NCBI GenBank assembly: GCA_026389415.1
Contig: JAPLHX010000215.1
Coordinates: forward strand, 1-45,088
Source: Coprothermobacterota bacterium
Lineage (GTDB): Bacteria; Caldisericota; JANLFM01
Direction of reading: 5' to 3'
DNA length: 45,088 nt
Position numbers and translations under genes: made by a program. Of this stretch, positions 26,250 through 35,951 are shown in pieces (the first letter of the stretch is position 1; each line of letters begins with the position of its first letter). The notes under the pieces are model-generated. The model saw only the letters and a program-made list of their open reading frames with translations. It ran no database searches and was not told the origin of the DNA.

Positions 26250-27299
26250 ATGGCGTCCACCGAATCCAAGGATCTAATGTTGGCTTTGGACCAAATTGCG
26301 CGAGAAAAAAGAATTTCAAAAGAGTCCCTTTTGGAAGCGATTGCTTCGGCTTTGACATCTGCGGTAAAGAGGAATTTTGGCGGTACCCAAAACATTTCTG
26401 TGGAATTAAATGAAAAAACTGGCGTTTTCCGCGTACTCGCTAAAGTGGAAGTTGTACCCCAAGTTGAAAACAGATTCACACAAATCGCTTTGGCGGACGC
26501 ACGCAGGTTACAACTCGAGGTCGCAGTGGGAGATTGGATCGAGCAGGAAGTCACACCCAAGGATTTTGGACGTCTTGCTGCTCAGACAGCGAAGCAGGTT
26601 GTATTTCAGAAAATTAAGGAGGCGGAACGCGAAGCATCCTATGCAGAGTACGCGGATAAAGAAGGAGAAATGATCAATGGTACGATTCGCAGGAAAGAAG
26701 GCAACCAAGTCTACATTGATCTCGACGAGCGTTCCGAAGCGGCATTGCCTCCGAAAGAGCAGGTACCAGGAGAACGATACGAGATCGGCGGACGATATCG
26801 TGTTTATCTACAATCTGTACATAGAGGGATTCGCGGACCAGAGTTGATTGTATCCAGAGCAAATAAAGAGCTAGTTTTACGCCTCTTCGAGCTTGAAGTA
26901 CCAGAAATCTTCGAAGGTCGCGTGGAAATAAAGAGCATTGCCCGGGAGCCGGGATTGCGCAGCAAGATCGCGGTGGCGTCCCGCGAAGAAAAAATCGATC
27001 CCGTTGGGGCTTGTGTGGGTCCAAAAGGGATCCGAATTCAAGCGATTGTGCGAGAACTGCGAGGAGAACGAATTGATATCATCCGTTACTCACGAGATGT
27101 CAAAGAGTTTATAGCAAACGCACTCTCACCAGCCAAAATCAGTCACGTAGACTTAGAAGAAAAGAGCAAAACTGCAACGGTAGTTGTCCAAAGTGATCAG
27201 CTTTCCCTGGCTATTGGCAAAGAAGGGCAGAATGCCAGGCTCGCTGCTAAATTAACAAGCTGGAAAATTGATATTCAAGCCGAAGGGGATGCGCTGTGA
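26250..27299 (+). CDS. nusA: Transcription termination/antitermination factor NusA
   Basis: 349 aa. LMLALDQIAREKRISKESLLEAIASAL, then S1 and two KH regions (GPKGIRIQAIVREL; AIGKEGQNARLAAKLT). No AR1/AR2 domains. Confidence 0.96.
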   Translation: MASTESKDLMLALDQIAREKRISKESLLEAIASALTSAVKRNFGGTQNISVELNEKTGVFRVLAKVEVVPQVENRFTQIALADARRLQLEVAVGDWIEQEVTPKDFGRLAAQTAKQVVFQKIKEAEREASYAEYADKEGEMINGTIRRKEGNQVYIDLDERSEAALPPKEQVPGERYEIGGRYRVYLQSVHRGIRGPELIVSRANKELVLRLFELEVPEIFEGRVEIKSIAREPGLRSKIAVASREEKIDPVGACVGPKGIRIQAIVRELRGERIDIIRYSRDVKEFIANALSPAKISHVDLEEKSKTATVVVQSDQLSLAIGKEGQNARLAAKLTSWKIDIQAEGDAL

Positions 27300-27493
27300 T
27301 CAAACGCTTGCCCTTGCGTACATGCGTTGGTTGTCAGAATCAATTTACCAAGCGAGAACTGATTCGCATCGTTCGAACTCCAGAAGAGACATGGCAATAC
27401 GACCCAACGGGAAAGGCAAACGGGCGCGGTTTGTATATCTGTCGCAACGCAAACTGTTTGGACAGGGCTCTTGGGAACAAGGCTGGTCCTTGA
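27296..27493 (+). CDS. ylxR: YlxR/RnpM (DUF448) family RNA-binding protein
   Basis: LPLRTCVGCQNQFTKRELIRIV...GRGLYIC. GTGA overlap with the nusA stop. 65 aa, somewhat short for the family. Confidence 0.85.
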   Translation: MIKRLPLRTCVGCQNQFTKRELIRIVRTPEETWQYDPTGKANGRGLYICRNANCLDRALGNKAGP

Positions 27494-27513
27494 AGGCTGG
27501 CAGGAGGTATGAG

Positions 27514-29745
27514 ATGAACAAAATGCGAGTTTATGAGTTAGCGAAAAACCTAGGTATTACGAATACCCAAGTGCTTGAAATCCTGGAAAAACTTGGAGTG
27601 ATTGTAAAAAGTCACATCTCGACAGTCGAGGCTGATGCAGTGGAGAACGCGGAACGGTTTGTAAAGGACATGAAGCGTCTTGTACCCCCCACCACAGAAA
27701 TGACATCACCACCAAAAAAAGCTCAGTCTACCCCGTTACCCTCCGTACCCCCCAAATCTTTTTCTGCACCGTTTAAAGCAAAGCCGACGGAAAACAGTGC
27801 ACTTAAACCTATCCGCAGTGAAGAGAAAACTGCGGTTCCTGTGCTGCGGAAACCCCAAAAACTTGTAGAGAAACCGGTAGAGAAGGCAGCAGAGAAACCG
27901 GTAGAGAGGGCAGCAGAGAAACCGGTAGATAAGGTCACTTCCGGCACTGCGCTCACCTGTGAGCAGTTTTCTCTAGAGCATAAAGTGGATTTGGCCAAAG
28001 TGGTTGAGTTTCTATGGAAACAAGGGGAACTGGTTCGAGCAAACCAGCCTCTCAATCAGCATCAGCAAAGGGTATTGGCATCTCTTGGGCACCCAAGGCC
28101 GCCAATCATTATCACTTCCCCCACTGCCGTTCCAAGACGGCGTAAAGAGCCAAAAGCGCATCCCGTTCCAATGACTAAGAAACTGTCCGTAATTCCTGGA
28201 GCCCAACCAAAAGCAAAAACAATTACAATCGCTGAAGCGAAGAAACCGATGGTAGCTGCACCTATTGCAGAATTATTCACTAGACCGCCAGTAGTAACAG
28301 TGTTGGGACATGTTGATCATGGAAAAACCACTCTTTTAGATGCGATCCGCAAAACGACGGTAGCAGAAAAGGAGAGGGGAGGGATCACGCAAAAAATCGG
28401 TGCGTCCGAAATTATATTCAATGGACAAAAAATCGTTTTTATTGATACGCCTGGGCACGAGGCCTTCACGGCAATGCGTGCCCACGGAGCGCAGGTGACC
28501 GATATTGCCATCCTCGTCGTAGCCGCGGATGAAGGAGTCATGCCCCAGACGGTGGAAGCCTTAAATCATGCCAAGGCAGCGAAAGTCGCGATTATGGTTG
28601 GTGTCAATAAAATGGATAAAGAAGGAGCCAATATCGACAAGGTCAAGCAGCAATTGGCTGATCTCAGCCTCATCCCGGAAGAATGGGGCGGTGAGACAAT
28701 CTTCATTCCTCTTTCCGCTAAAAAGAGAGAAGGGATCGATCATCTGCTGGAGATGATTATCCTTCTGGCGGAACTGCTCGAACTGAAAGCCCCCCATGCA
28801 GTTCCGGCGAAGGGAACCGTGATTGAAGCGCATGTGGACAAAGGAATGGGTCCGATGGCGGATGTAATCGTACAGGAAGGTATCCTTCGGTTAGGCGATT
28901 ATGTCCAATTTGGTTTCACCGGAGGAAAAATCCGAATCATGCTGGATGTCAAGGGGAATCGGATCAAAGAGGCAGGTCCCTCCACTCCAGTCGAATTAAT
29001 TGGCCTGGAGGAAGTTCCTTTACCAGGTGAGACATTTGAAGCGGTAAAAGAATATCGCTCAATTAAACGGTTGGGAGCTAAAGCGTCCAACCCGCTGGCG
29101 CGCAAAACTGCTGAGAACATTCTGCATGATATTAGTCTCGATAAGCTGAATTTGATCTTTAAAGCGGATACCCAAGGCAGTTTGGATGCAATCAAGGTTG
29201 CCGTAAGGCGAATTCCAGCACCGGATATTCAAATGGAACCGATACATTTTGGCGTAGGAGCCATATCAGAGTCAGATATCGTACTTGCATCCATTACGCA
29301 ATCGATCGTGTTCGGCTTCAATGTGAGAGCCGACGCTATGGCGAAAAAGGCGGCAGAGAAAGAGAAAGTGGATGTTCGGACATTCGATCTCATCTATGAA
29401 TTGGTTACGGATCTGGAGAGTTGCTTGCGTGGAAAGTGCGAACCCCGGCTAGAAGAAAAACCGCTGGGCGAAGCGGTGGTGCGGCAGGTCTTCCGGATTA
29501 CAAAACTTGGGTTGATCGCAGGGTCCTATGTACAAGAAGGAAAGGTTGTTCGAAATGCCAAGGCTCGCATAATACGCAACAACATCGTTGTTGGGGAAAC
29601 AAAGGTTACATCTCTTAGAAGGTTCAAAGAGGATGTCAGAGAGGTTCTGACAAACTTCGAGTGTGGGATTGGTCTGGAAAAAAACGCTGACCTGCAAGTA
29701 GGAGACATTTTGGAGATCTACGTCATCGAGGAAGTGCAAAAGTGA
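27514..29745 (+). CDS. infB: Translation initiation factor IF-2
   Basis: ATG 27514 follows [37 protein letters not shown], and G-domain motifs [17 protein letters not shown] and NKMD. The track start 27268 is an artefactual extension across nusA/ylxR. Confidence 0.96.
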   Translation: MNKMRVYELAKNLGITNTQVLEILEKLGVIVKSHISTVEADAVENAERFVKDMKRLVPPTTEMTSPPKKAQSTPLPSVPPKSFSAPFKAKPTENSALKPIRSEEKTAVPVLRKPQKLVEKPVEKAAEKPVERAAEKPVDKVTSGTALTCEQFSLEHKVDLAKVVEFLWKQGELVRANQPLNQHQQRVLASLGHPRPPIIITSPTAVPRRRKEPKAHPVPMTKKLSVIPGAQPKAKTITIAEAKKPMVAAPIAELFTRPPVVTVLGHVDHGKTTLLDAIRKTTVAEKERGGITQKIGASEIIFNGQKIVFIDTPGHEAFTAMRAHGAQVTDIAILVVAADEGVMPQTVEALNHAKAAKVAIMVGVNKMDKEGANIDKVKQQLADLSLIPEEWGGETIFIPLSAKKREGIDHLLEMIILLAELLELKAPHAVPAKGTVIEAHVDKGMGPMADVIVQEGILRLGDYVQFGFTGGKIRIMLDVKGNRIKEAGPSTPVELIGLEEVPLPGETFEAVKEYRSIKRLGAKASNPLARKTAENILHDISLDKLNLIFKADTQGSLDAIKVAVRRIPAPDIQMEPIHFGVGAISESDIVLASITQSIVFGFNVRADAMAKKAAEKEKVDVRTFDLIYELVTDLESCLRGKCEPRLEEKPLGEAVVRQVFRITKLGLIAGSYVQEGKVVRNAKARIIRNNIVVGETKVTSLRRFKEDVREVLTNFECGIGLEKNADLQVGDILEIYVIEEVQK
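27865..27933 (+). repeat. In-frame 24-nt tandem repeat in the IF-2 linker
   Basis: gtagagaaaccg / gtagagaaggcagcagagaaaccg / gtagagagggcagcagagaaaccg / gtagataag, encoding [23 protein letters not shown]. Confidence 0.8.
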
Positions 29746-30020
29746 TTGGTTGGGGAAGTTGCGCAATCCTTATTCCGATGAGCCATTCGCTAAAAGAAAA
29801 AAGGCAGGTATTGCAACGGTTGATTACCCTGATGCGCAAACAGTTCAACGTATCCATTGCGGAAACGGAAGGACAGGACACATGGCAGCGATCCAGACTG
29901 GAAATCGCACTTGTTGGTACAAGCGAAACACTAGTCCGTGATGCCTTTCAGTCTATCCACCGTTTCCTAGAATCGAACTTGGAGATTACGGTTCTAAGCT
30001 TGGAAATACAGGTATTGTAA
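29742..30020 (+). CDS. DUF503 (YlxP-like) protein
   Basis: SHSLKEKRQVLQRLITLMRKQFNVSIAETEGQDTWQRSRLEIALVG. Conserved position between infB and rbfA. GTGA overlap with infB. Confidence 0.8.
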   Translation: MIGWGSCAILIPMSHSLKEKRQVLQRLITLMRKQFNVSIAETEGQDTWQRSRLEIALVGTSETLVRDAFQSIHRFLESNLEITVLSLEIQVL

Positions 30021-30383
30021 ATGCAACCCTTGCGAGTGGAGCGCATGAAAGCATTGATTCGTCAAGAAATGGCCAGTCTCCTGCAGAAGGAGTTAAAGGA
30101 TCCATGGATCGGTTTCGTGACATTAACACGGGTTGAAGTTTCTCCTGATGCTCGCAACGCTAATTTGTTCTTTTCGGTACTCGGGAGCGAGGAACAGATC
30201 CAGCAATCCATGCAAGGGTTGGAAAGGGCTAAGGGATTTATCCAACATCGAATCGCACAGGTAGTGCAGGGGAGGCATTCACCTCAGATACACATCCAAT
30301 ATGATCCTTCTCTTGCGTATTCCGAAAGGGTACAGACTCTTTTGAAGAAGATTGAGGAGGAAAAGCCTCAGGGTGAATCTTAA
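30021..30383 (+). CDS. rbfA: Ribosome-binding factor A
   Basis: RVERMKALIRQEMASLLQKELKDPWIGFVTLTRVEVSPDARNANLFFSVLG. Confidence 0.93.
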   Translation: MQPLRVERMKALIRQEMASLLQKELKDPWIGFVTLTRVEVSPDARNANLFFSVLGSEEQIQQSMQGLERAKGFIQHRIAQVVQGRHSPQIHIQYDPSLAYSERVQTLLKKIEEEKPQGES

Positions 30384-31311
30384 AGAACTGATCGAGCGGT
30401 ATCAGCGCTTTTTGATTACATCCCATACCAGTCCCGATGGAGATGCCCTTGGCTCTTGCCTTGGTTTGGATCAATGGCTTCAAGAGCAGGGAAAGCAAAG
30501 CGCCATCATACTTTCGGAACTACCCCAACGAGAATTCCCCCTCCCTGGTTTGGACCGAATTCTTAGTCTCCCTCCATGGAGGAACAACTTTGCATTGTTC
30601 GTACTGGACTCCTCCGAGCCGGAACGCATCGGTAACGATTTGGCCGGGATGTCATCATATATCGTAAATATCGATCATCACCCAACCAATAGTCTATTCG
30701 GCGATTGGCAAGTTGTGGATGCAGGCGCTTCCTCAACCGCAGAGATCCTGACAACCATGATTTCCCGGGAATTTACGATCTCCCGCAGTTGCGCACAATG
30801 CTTCTATTACGGGATACTGGCGGATACAGGGGGATTTCGTTTTGGCAATACCTCTGCCCGCGCATTGAAAGCGGCTTCGCTATTGGTGGACTGTGGAGCT
30901 CAACCAGAAATGGCCGCCAAATCGTTCTTCTCTACTTTGTCCTCTTTTGATCTGAAATTACTCGGGCAAGCCCTGCTACAACAAGTTTATGAAGAACCGA
31001 TTGCCTGGACCATTTTGCCTTTCTGGAGCGGAATCAGTGCCAGTATTGACACCGATTTCATCATGAACATTTGGCGGCAGTGGTCAGTACCCTACATTTA
31101 CATACTGTTTAAGGAAATTGAGCCGGGTCTATACAAAGTCAGTATGCGCAGCGACGGTTCCATCGATCTTTCCGCCATCGCCCAACAGTTCGGTGGTGGC
31201 GGACACAAAGCTGCCAGTGGTTGCACGATGCAAGGATCATGGATAGAAGTGCGCTCCCGTTTGGTCGATGCTATTCGGCGAGCAATCCAAGATGGAAAAC
31301 GGATTTCTTAA
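30352..31311 (+). CDS. nrnA: DHH/DHHA1 phosphoesterase (NrnA-like oligoribonuclease / pAp phosphatase)
   Basis: FLITSHTSPDGDALGS, NIDHHPTN and DHHA1 motif GGGGHKAASG. The start is either TTG 30352 or GTG 30373, both overlapping the rbfA 3' end. Confidence 0.85.
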   Translation: MRRKSLRVNLKELIERYQRFLITSHTSPDGDALGSCLGLDQWLQEQGKQSAIILSELPQREFPLPGLDRILSLPPWRNNFALFVLDSSEPERIGNDLAGMSSYIVNIDHHPTNSLFGDWQVVDAGASSTAEILTTMISREFTISRSCAQCFYYGILADTGGFRFGNTSARALKAASLLVDCGAQPEMAAKSFFSTLSSFDLKLLGQALLQQVYEEPIAWTILPFWSGISASIDTDFIMNIWRQWSVPYIYILFKEIEPGLYKVSMRSDGSIDLSAIAQQFGGGGHKAASGCTMQGSWIEVRSRLVDAIRRAIQDGKRIS

Positions 31312-32152
31312 TCTGCTCAAACCCACCGGAATGACGTCATTCGATGTCATCCGATTTCTTCGCAGACAATTGCCATTTGGCAAATTCGGTCATTCCGGCA
31401 CGTTGGATTTGGCCGCTAGCGGTGTATTGGTGATTGCTTGCGGAGCGGCTACCAAGATCTTACCATTCCTGTCCAGCGAGAAATGTTACGTGTTCAGCGT
31501 GATATTTGGCTTGGAAACGGAAACTGGCGATTTATGGGGTCGAATCATGAAGCACAAAGAGATGAAAGTCAGTCGATCTCAGATCGAAAACCTGCTTCCA
31601 CAAATGATTGGGCAAATAGAGCTTCCGGTGCCGCTTTTTTCCGCCAAGCACTGGCACGGACAGCGCATGTACCAATGGGCAATACAAAATCAAACACTGA
31701 ACTATCAACCAAAACAAGCGATCCAAGTGTACGAACTGACGTTGCTCGATCTCAACTCGGGACCCCCCACCACAGCTCGCCTGAGAATGCGCTGCTCGCA
31801 TGGGACTTATGTCCGCGCTATGGCACAGAGAATAGGATCACTGCTACAAGGATCTGCTTGTGCTGGGTTCCTCATTCGTACACAATCGGGTTCCTTCGCA
31901 TTAAGCCAGTCACAACCATTGTCAGAAATTGCGCTAGGTCTGGCAAAGTGGATCGATGTAAAAGAAGCGTTAACCCATCTGCCCTGTGTAGTGTTACCGG
32001 ATCGCTGGCTTAGAAACTTTGTCAATGGCCAACCGGTTACATGGCCTGAGACCCGAGCCAATTTGGTATCTGTGACGGATCGGGGAGGACAGTTCCTCGG
32101 TATGGGGCGAATATACGAATCCTTGCTGAAAGCAGAGCGTTTGTACCGGTGA
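31292..32152 (+). CDS. truB: tRNA pseudouridine(55) synthase
   Basis: NGFLNLLKPTGMTSFDVIRFLRR and the catalytic-Asp motif GHSGTLDLAASGVLVIACG. Confidence 0.93.
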   Translation: MENGFLNLLKPTGMTSFDVIRFLRRQLPFGKFGHSGTLDLAASGVLVIACGAATKILPFLSSEKCYVFSVIFGLETETGDLWGRIMKHKEMKVSRSQIENLLPQMIGQIELPVPLFSAKHWHGQRMYQWAIQNQTLNYQPKQAIQVYELTLLDLNSGPPTTARLRMRCSHGTYVRAMAQRIGSLLQGSACAGFLIRTQSGSFALSQSQPLSEIALGLAKWIDVKEALTHLPCVVLPDRWLRNFVNGQPVTWPETRANLVSVTDRGGQFLGMGRIYESLLKAERLYR

Positions 32153-32910
32153 AGATAGTCGTCCTTCCGCCCGGAATAGGGGAAATGCCCTCCGCGTTGG
32201 GAATCGGAGTTTTCGATGGGCTGCATTTAGCTCACCGTATTCTCCTGGCGCAAACAATCGCGTTAGCGCGCGAACGCAATCTGAACCCTGCGGTTTTTAC
32301 TTTTGATCCTCCACCGCCTCTATATTTTCACCAACCTGGATATCGGTTGATCTCCACGCTCGAGGAGAAAATAAGTGCCCTAGAACAACTGAAGATCGAA
32401 ACTCTTTTCCTACAACGCTTTAGCCAGACATTCGCAGCGTTTACCCCCAGACAGTTTTTCAATTGGTTGATTGAAAAAACGCAGGCACAAGCGTTGTTGG
32501 TTGGCCAGAATTTTGGCTTCGGCGGAAATCGCCTAGGGAATGCGGATCTCTTGAAGGAATTCGGAGAATCGCAAGGGGTAGAAGTCAATATTCTGCCATT
32601 GTTAAAAAACCAACTAGGACTCAGCATTTCCTCCACTCTCATCAGGAGCTTATTGGAGAAAGGAAAGATTGAAGAAGCGAATCATCTTCTCTGTCAGCCA
32701 TTTTCTGCACGTTTCCAATTTACAAATCATGGGTATTTTATTTCGATAGACTCAGAAAAAATCCTTCCACCGACAGGATGGTACCAGGGATTTGTAGAAG
32801 AGAAGGATCCCATCGTTTTCCAGCTGGAGTGTGACCGGATTCTTTGGTCCCAGAGTCTCCAACCTTACGAAAACGGTCTCGTACGAATAGTTTTTCTATC
32901 ACACCTCTAA
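32149..32910 (+). CDS. ribF: FAD synthetase (FMN adenylyltransferase) with truncated or degenerate riboflavin-kinase domain
   Basis: N-terminal nucleotidyltransferase motifs LGIGVFDGLHLAHR and VGQNFGFG. Only 253 aa. The C-terminal ~72 aa lacks the GFPTAN-type kinase motif. Confidence 0.8.
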   Translation: MKIVVLPPGIGEMPSALGIGVFDGLHLAHRILLAQTIALARERNLNPAVFTFDPPPPLYFHQPGYRLISTLEEKISALEQLKIETLFLQRFSQTFAAFTPRQFFNWLIEKTQAQALLVGQNFGFGGNRLGNADLLKEFGESQGVEVNILPLLKNQLGLSISSTLIRSLLEKGKIEEANHLLCQPFSARFQFTNHGYFISIDSEKILPPTGWYQGFVEEKDPIVFQLECDRILWSQSLQPYENGLVRIVFLSHL

Positions 32911-32915
32911 CCAGC

Positions 32916-32944
32916 TTTACCGCTGATACAGCCTGTGATAAGAT
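32916..32944 (+). promoter_or_regulatory. Candidate rpsO promoter
   Basis: TTTACC (32916-32921), a 17-nt spacer, then extended -10 TGaTAAGAT (32936-32944). Confidence 0.45.
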
Positions 32945-32946
32945 GA

Positions 32947-32997
32947 CTGAACCCTTTACTGGGGAATAGCTTCCCTCGAGCTATCGACCCGGTTCAG
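32947..32997 (+). promoter_or_regulatory. Structured rpsO 5' leader (three-segment hairpin), possible S15 autoregulatory element
   Basis: Pairings seen: 32947-32953 ctgaacc with 32991-32997 ggttcag; 32962-32964 ggg with 32988-32990 ccc; 32966-32971 atagct with 32979-32984 agctat. Confidence 0.4.
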
Positions 32998-33030
32998 GGA
33001 ATAAATGCACAGAGCGAACAGGAGGGGCCA

Positions 33031-33300
33031 TTGACTCTCTCGAAAGAACAGAAAGAGGCAATTATCAAGGAATTCCAGATTCACGATCTGGATACGGGTT
33101 CGCCCGAAGTACAAGTAGCTATTCTCACTGAACGGATCAATACCCTGACGGAGCACTTGAGGCTGCACGCGAAGGATCATCATTCGCGTCGCGGCTTGCT
33201 CAAGATGGTTGGGGAGCGGAGGCGCTTGCTGAATTATCTGAAGCGACAATCTGTCGAACGGTACAACAACGTGATAAAAACGTTGGGACTAAGGAAATAA
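33031..33300 (+). CDS. rpsO: 30S ribosomal protein S15
   Basis: [52 protein letters not shown] start 5 nt after GGAGG. Confidence 0.96.
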   Translation: MTLSKEQKEAIIKEFQIHDLDTGSPEVQVAILTERINTLTEHLRLHAKDHHSRRGLLKMVGERRRLLNYLKRQSVERYNNVIKTLGLRK

Positions 33301-33304
33301 GCAT

Positions 33305-35503
33305 TTGAATAACACAAAAAGCATTGAAATCGCCCTGGGATCGCGCAAGATGATCCTGGAGACCGGAAAGCTCGCAAAACAAGCCGGAGGAGCTGTTACC
33401 GTATTAGCTGGGGATAATGTTGTCCTCGTCACCGCCTGCGTATCGAATAAAGCTCGCGAAGGGATAGATTTTTTACCACTAGTTGTTGATTACGAGGAAA
33501 GGATGTATGCCGCAGGAAAAATACCTGGAGGTTTTTTCAAACGAGAAGGACGACCTTCGGAAAAAGAGATCCTTCGTTCCAGATTGATTGATAGAGCCAT
33601 TCGGCCGCTGTTTCCTGCCAATATGCGAAATGAAGTGCAAGTCATTGCAAAGGTCTTGGCCGCTGACCCAGAATATCCACCGGATATACTTGCCATAAAT
33701 GGAGCTTCTGCCTCCCTGACCATCAGTGAAATCCCCTTCGATGGACCCATCGGTGCCGTGCGCGTTGGATTCAAGGATGGACAATTCCTTCTCAATCCTT
33801 CCTATCTAGAGATGGACGAAGGAGACCTTGATTTGGTGGTGGCTGGACGAGAAGATGCCATCTTAATGGTGGAAGCCGGCGCAAAGGAATTTCCCGAGGA
33901 GAAAATGCTGGAGGCTTTGGCTTATGCGCATGAACAAATCATCCGCATCATTCAGTCAATCCGACAATTTTCAGAGGAAAACAGCAAAACCAAGCTGACC
34001 TTCCCAGAATCAGAACCTGCAAAAGAATTGGTAGAGGTAGTGGATCAAGCGGTACGTCAACCGATTCGACTAGCGATCCGGATTACTGAAAAACAACAAC
34101 GCGAAGAGGAATTGGCGCGATTGGATCTATTCCTGCGGGAAACTCTGTCCACGAAATATCCTGAATGGGATCCTGCAATCCAGCAGATAGAACACAAGAT
34201 ACTGAAAGAAGAAACCCGGCGAATGATCTTGGAAGAAGAAATCCGCCCAGATGGGCGCAAACCCGCAGAGATCCGACCTATTACTTGCGAAGTAAACACA
34301 CTGCCTCGAGTTCACGGTTCTGCTCTTTTCACACGCGGACAAACCCAGGTGATGACAATCGTCACACTGGGAGCCTTGGGTGAAGTGCAAATCATAGAAG
34401 GTCTCGGACTGGAAGAGTTCAAACGTTATATGCATCATTACAACTTCCCACCGTTCTCCACCGGTGAAGTTCGGCCGTTGCGCGGACCAGGACGACGGGA
34501 AATTGGACACGGAGCCCTGGCTGAGCGGGCCTTGTTGCCCGTTGTTCCTTCGCAAGAGAGCTTTCCCTACACCATCCGGCTGGTTTCAGAGGTATTGGAA
34601 TCCAACGGCTCCACTTCGATGGCTTCCACCTGCGGTAGCACCTTAGCACTAATGGATGCTGGCATTCCCATCCACGCGCCTGTTGCTGGGATCGCCATGG
34701 GATTGGTAAAAGAAGGGGATCGAATCGCCGTTTTAACAGATATCCAAGGTATGGAAGATGCTCTGGGAGACATGGATTTTAAGGTAGCCGGAACAGAGGC
34801 GGGAATCACAGCCCTGCAAATGGACATGAAAATCAAGGGGATCGACTTGGCCATCATAAAACAAGCACTAGCTCGGGCCTACGATGCCCGGCTCTTTATC
34901 CTGACAAAGATTAAAGAGGCGCTGCCTGCACCTCGAGCAGAACTGTCTCCCAACGCTCCCCGTGTTTTTGTGATGGAAATCAACCCGGACAAAATCCGTG
35001 AAGTGATTGGTCCTGGAGGCAAGATGATCAAGAAAATCACGGCAGAAACCGGAGCCGTGATCGATATCGATCAAACGGGTCGCGTATACATCACCGCACC
35101 TACAGCTGAATCTGGGGAAGCTGCGCGCAAGACGATTGAATTGCTTGTAGGTGATGTGGAAATCGGAGCGATCTTTGTAGGAAAGGTTACACGACTCGCT
35201 ACATTCGGTGCTTTTATAGAGATCAGTCCCGGCAAGGAAGGATTACTACACATCTCTCAAGTATCCGATCATCGCATAGACCGGATTGAAGATGTTTACA
35301 AACTTGGAGAGGAAGTGGAAGTTAAGGTCAATAAAATTGACGAGCAAGGGAAAATCGGCCTGACTCGCAAAGGGTTACCTGGCGGTCCCAGTGCGGACAC
35401 ACCCGACCGTCCACCGCGTGATGCGCGTTCGCGGGATGATCGGGGGCGCCGCTCCAGCCGTGATGGAAGCGATCGGCCTCGATATGGGGAACGCCACCGC
35501 TAA
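33305..35503 (+). CDS. pnp: Polyribonucleotide nucleotidyltransferase (PNPase) with Arg/Asp/Ser-rich C-terminal tail
   Basis: 732 aa. Two RNase PH domains (FFKREGRPSEKEIL; GEVRPLRGPGRREIGHGALAERAL), KH (IREVIGPGGKMIKKI) and S1 (GKVTRLATFGAFIEI). TTG start. Confidence 0.96.
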   Translation: MNNTKSIEIALGSRKMILETGKLAKQAGGAVTVLAGDNVVLVTACVSNKAREGIDFLPLVVDYEERMYAAGKIPGGFFKREGRPSEKEILRSRLIDRAIRPLFPANMRNEVQVIAKVLAADPEYPPDILAINGASASLTISEIPFDGPIGAVRVGFKDGQFLLNPSYLEMDEGDLDLVVAGREDAILMVEAGAKEFPEEKMLEALAYAHEQIIRIIQSIRQFSEENSKTKLTFPESEPAKELVEVVDQAVRQPIRLAIRITEKQQREEELARLDLFLRETLSTKYPEWDPAIQQIEHKILKEETRRMILEEEIRPDGRKPAEIRPITCEVNTLPRVHGSALFTRGQTQVMTIVTLGALGEVQIIEGLGLEEFKRYMHHYNFPPFSTGEVRPLRGPGRREIGHGALAERALLPVVPSQESFPYTIRLVSEVLESNGSTSMASTCGSTLALMDAGIPIHAPVAGIAMGLVKEGDRIAVLTDIQGMEDALGDMDFKVAGTEAGITALQMDMKIKGIDLAIIKQALARAYDARLFILTKIKEALPAPRAELSPNAPRVFVMEINPDKIREVIGPGGKMIKKITAETGAVIDIDQTGRVYITAPTAESGEAARKTIELLVGDVEIGAIFVGKVTRLATFGAFIEISPGKEGLLHISQVSDHRIDRIEDVYKLGEEVEVKVNKIDEQGKIGLTRKGLPGGPSADTPDRPPRDARSRDDRGRRSSRDGSDRPRYGERHR

Positions 35504-35951
35504 CAAGCCGTCAAACATTCTGATTCCGATCCGTGTTGATCCTAGCGCGGAAGGGTTACCCCTTCCGAAGACAATGACAACCGGATCGGCAGGTGTCGAT
35601 TTATACGCCAGCGCAAGTGAACGAATTCCCGCTAAGCAGTGGCGCAAAGTGTCCACCGGTATCGCGATAGCGATACCGAACGGATTCGAAGGGCAAGTTC
35701 GGCCACGCAGTGGTCTGGCAATACAATATGGCATTACGGTTCTGAATGCTCCAGGAACCATTGACAGCGATTATCGCGGTTTAATTGATGTCATTCTGAT
35801 CAATCATGGCTCGATCGATTTTCAAATTGAACGGGGAGACCGGATTGCCCAATTGGTGATTGCGCCAGTTGCAAGGGCCTCTTTTGTTCGCGACCCAGAT
35901 TTGGAGGAAACCGAGCGATCCAATGGCGGCTTTGGCCACACCGGACGATAG
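35484..35951 (+). CDS. dut: dUTP diphosphatase
   Basis: GSAGVDLYA, RSGLA, GTIDSDYRG, RIAQLV and the C-terminal GGFGHTG motif. ATG 35484 gives 155 aa and overlaps the pnp 3' end by 20 nt. Confidence 0.92.
   Translation: MGNATANKPSNILIPIRVDPSAEGLPLPKTMTTGSAGVDLYASASERIPAKQWRKVSTGIAIAIPNGFEGQVRPRSGLAIQYGITVLNAPGTIDSDYRGLIDVILINHGSIDFQIERGDRIAQLVIAPVARASFVRDPDLEETERSNGGFGHTGR

Noticed and set aside
27268-27513. N-terminal 82-aa extension of the infB ORF (track start 27268)
   Set aside because: It overlaps the nusA 3' end and all of ylxR in another frame and has no IF-2-like sequence. ATG 27514 has a strong AGGAGG SD and gives the conserved [11 protein letters not shown] start. Comparable upstream extensions were trimmed for kdd (5327), kce (13936), tal (16586), rho (17352), prfA (21355), dut (35391), udg (35860), rnj (36288), rpsF (42425) and ssb (42643).
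27865-27933. Short tandem direct repeats, considered as a possible CRISPR or mini-satellite
   Set aside because: There are only about 2.5 copies of a 24-nt unit with no spacers. The repeats are in-frame inside infB and encode a (V/A)EKP-type linker. This is a coding low-complexity repeat, not a CRISPR array.
31438-32013. 191-aa alternative-frame plus-strand ORF within truB (and 25051..25512 within the CofE-like gene)
   Set aside because: The translations are Arg/Ser/Cys-rich and featureless, there is no SD, and the overlapping frames carry clear family motifs.
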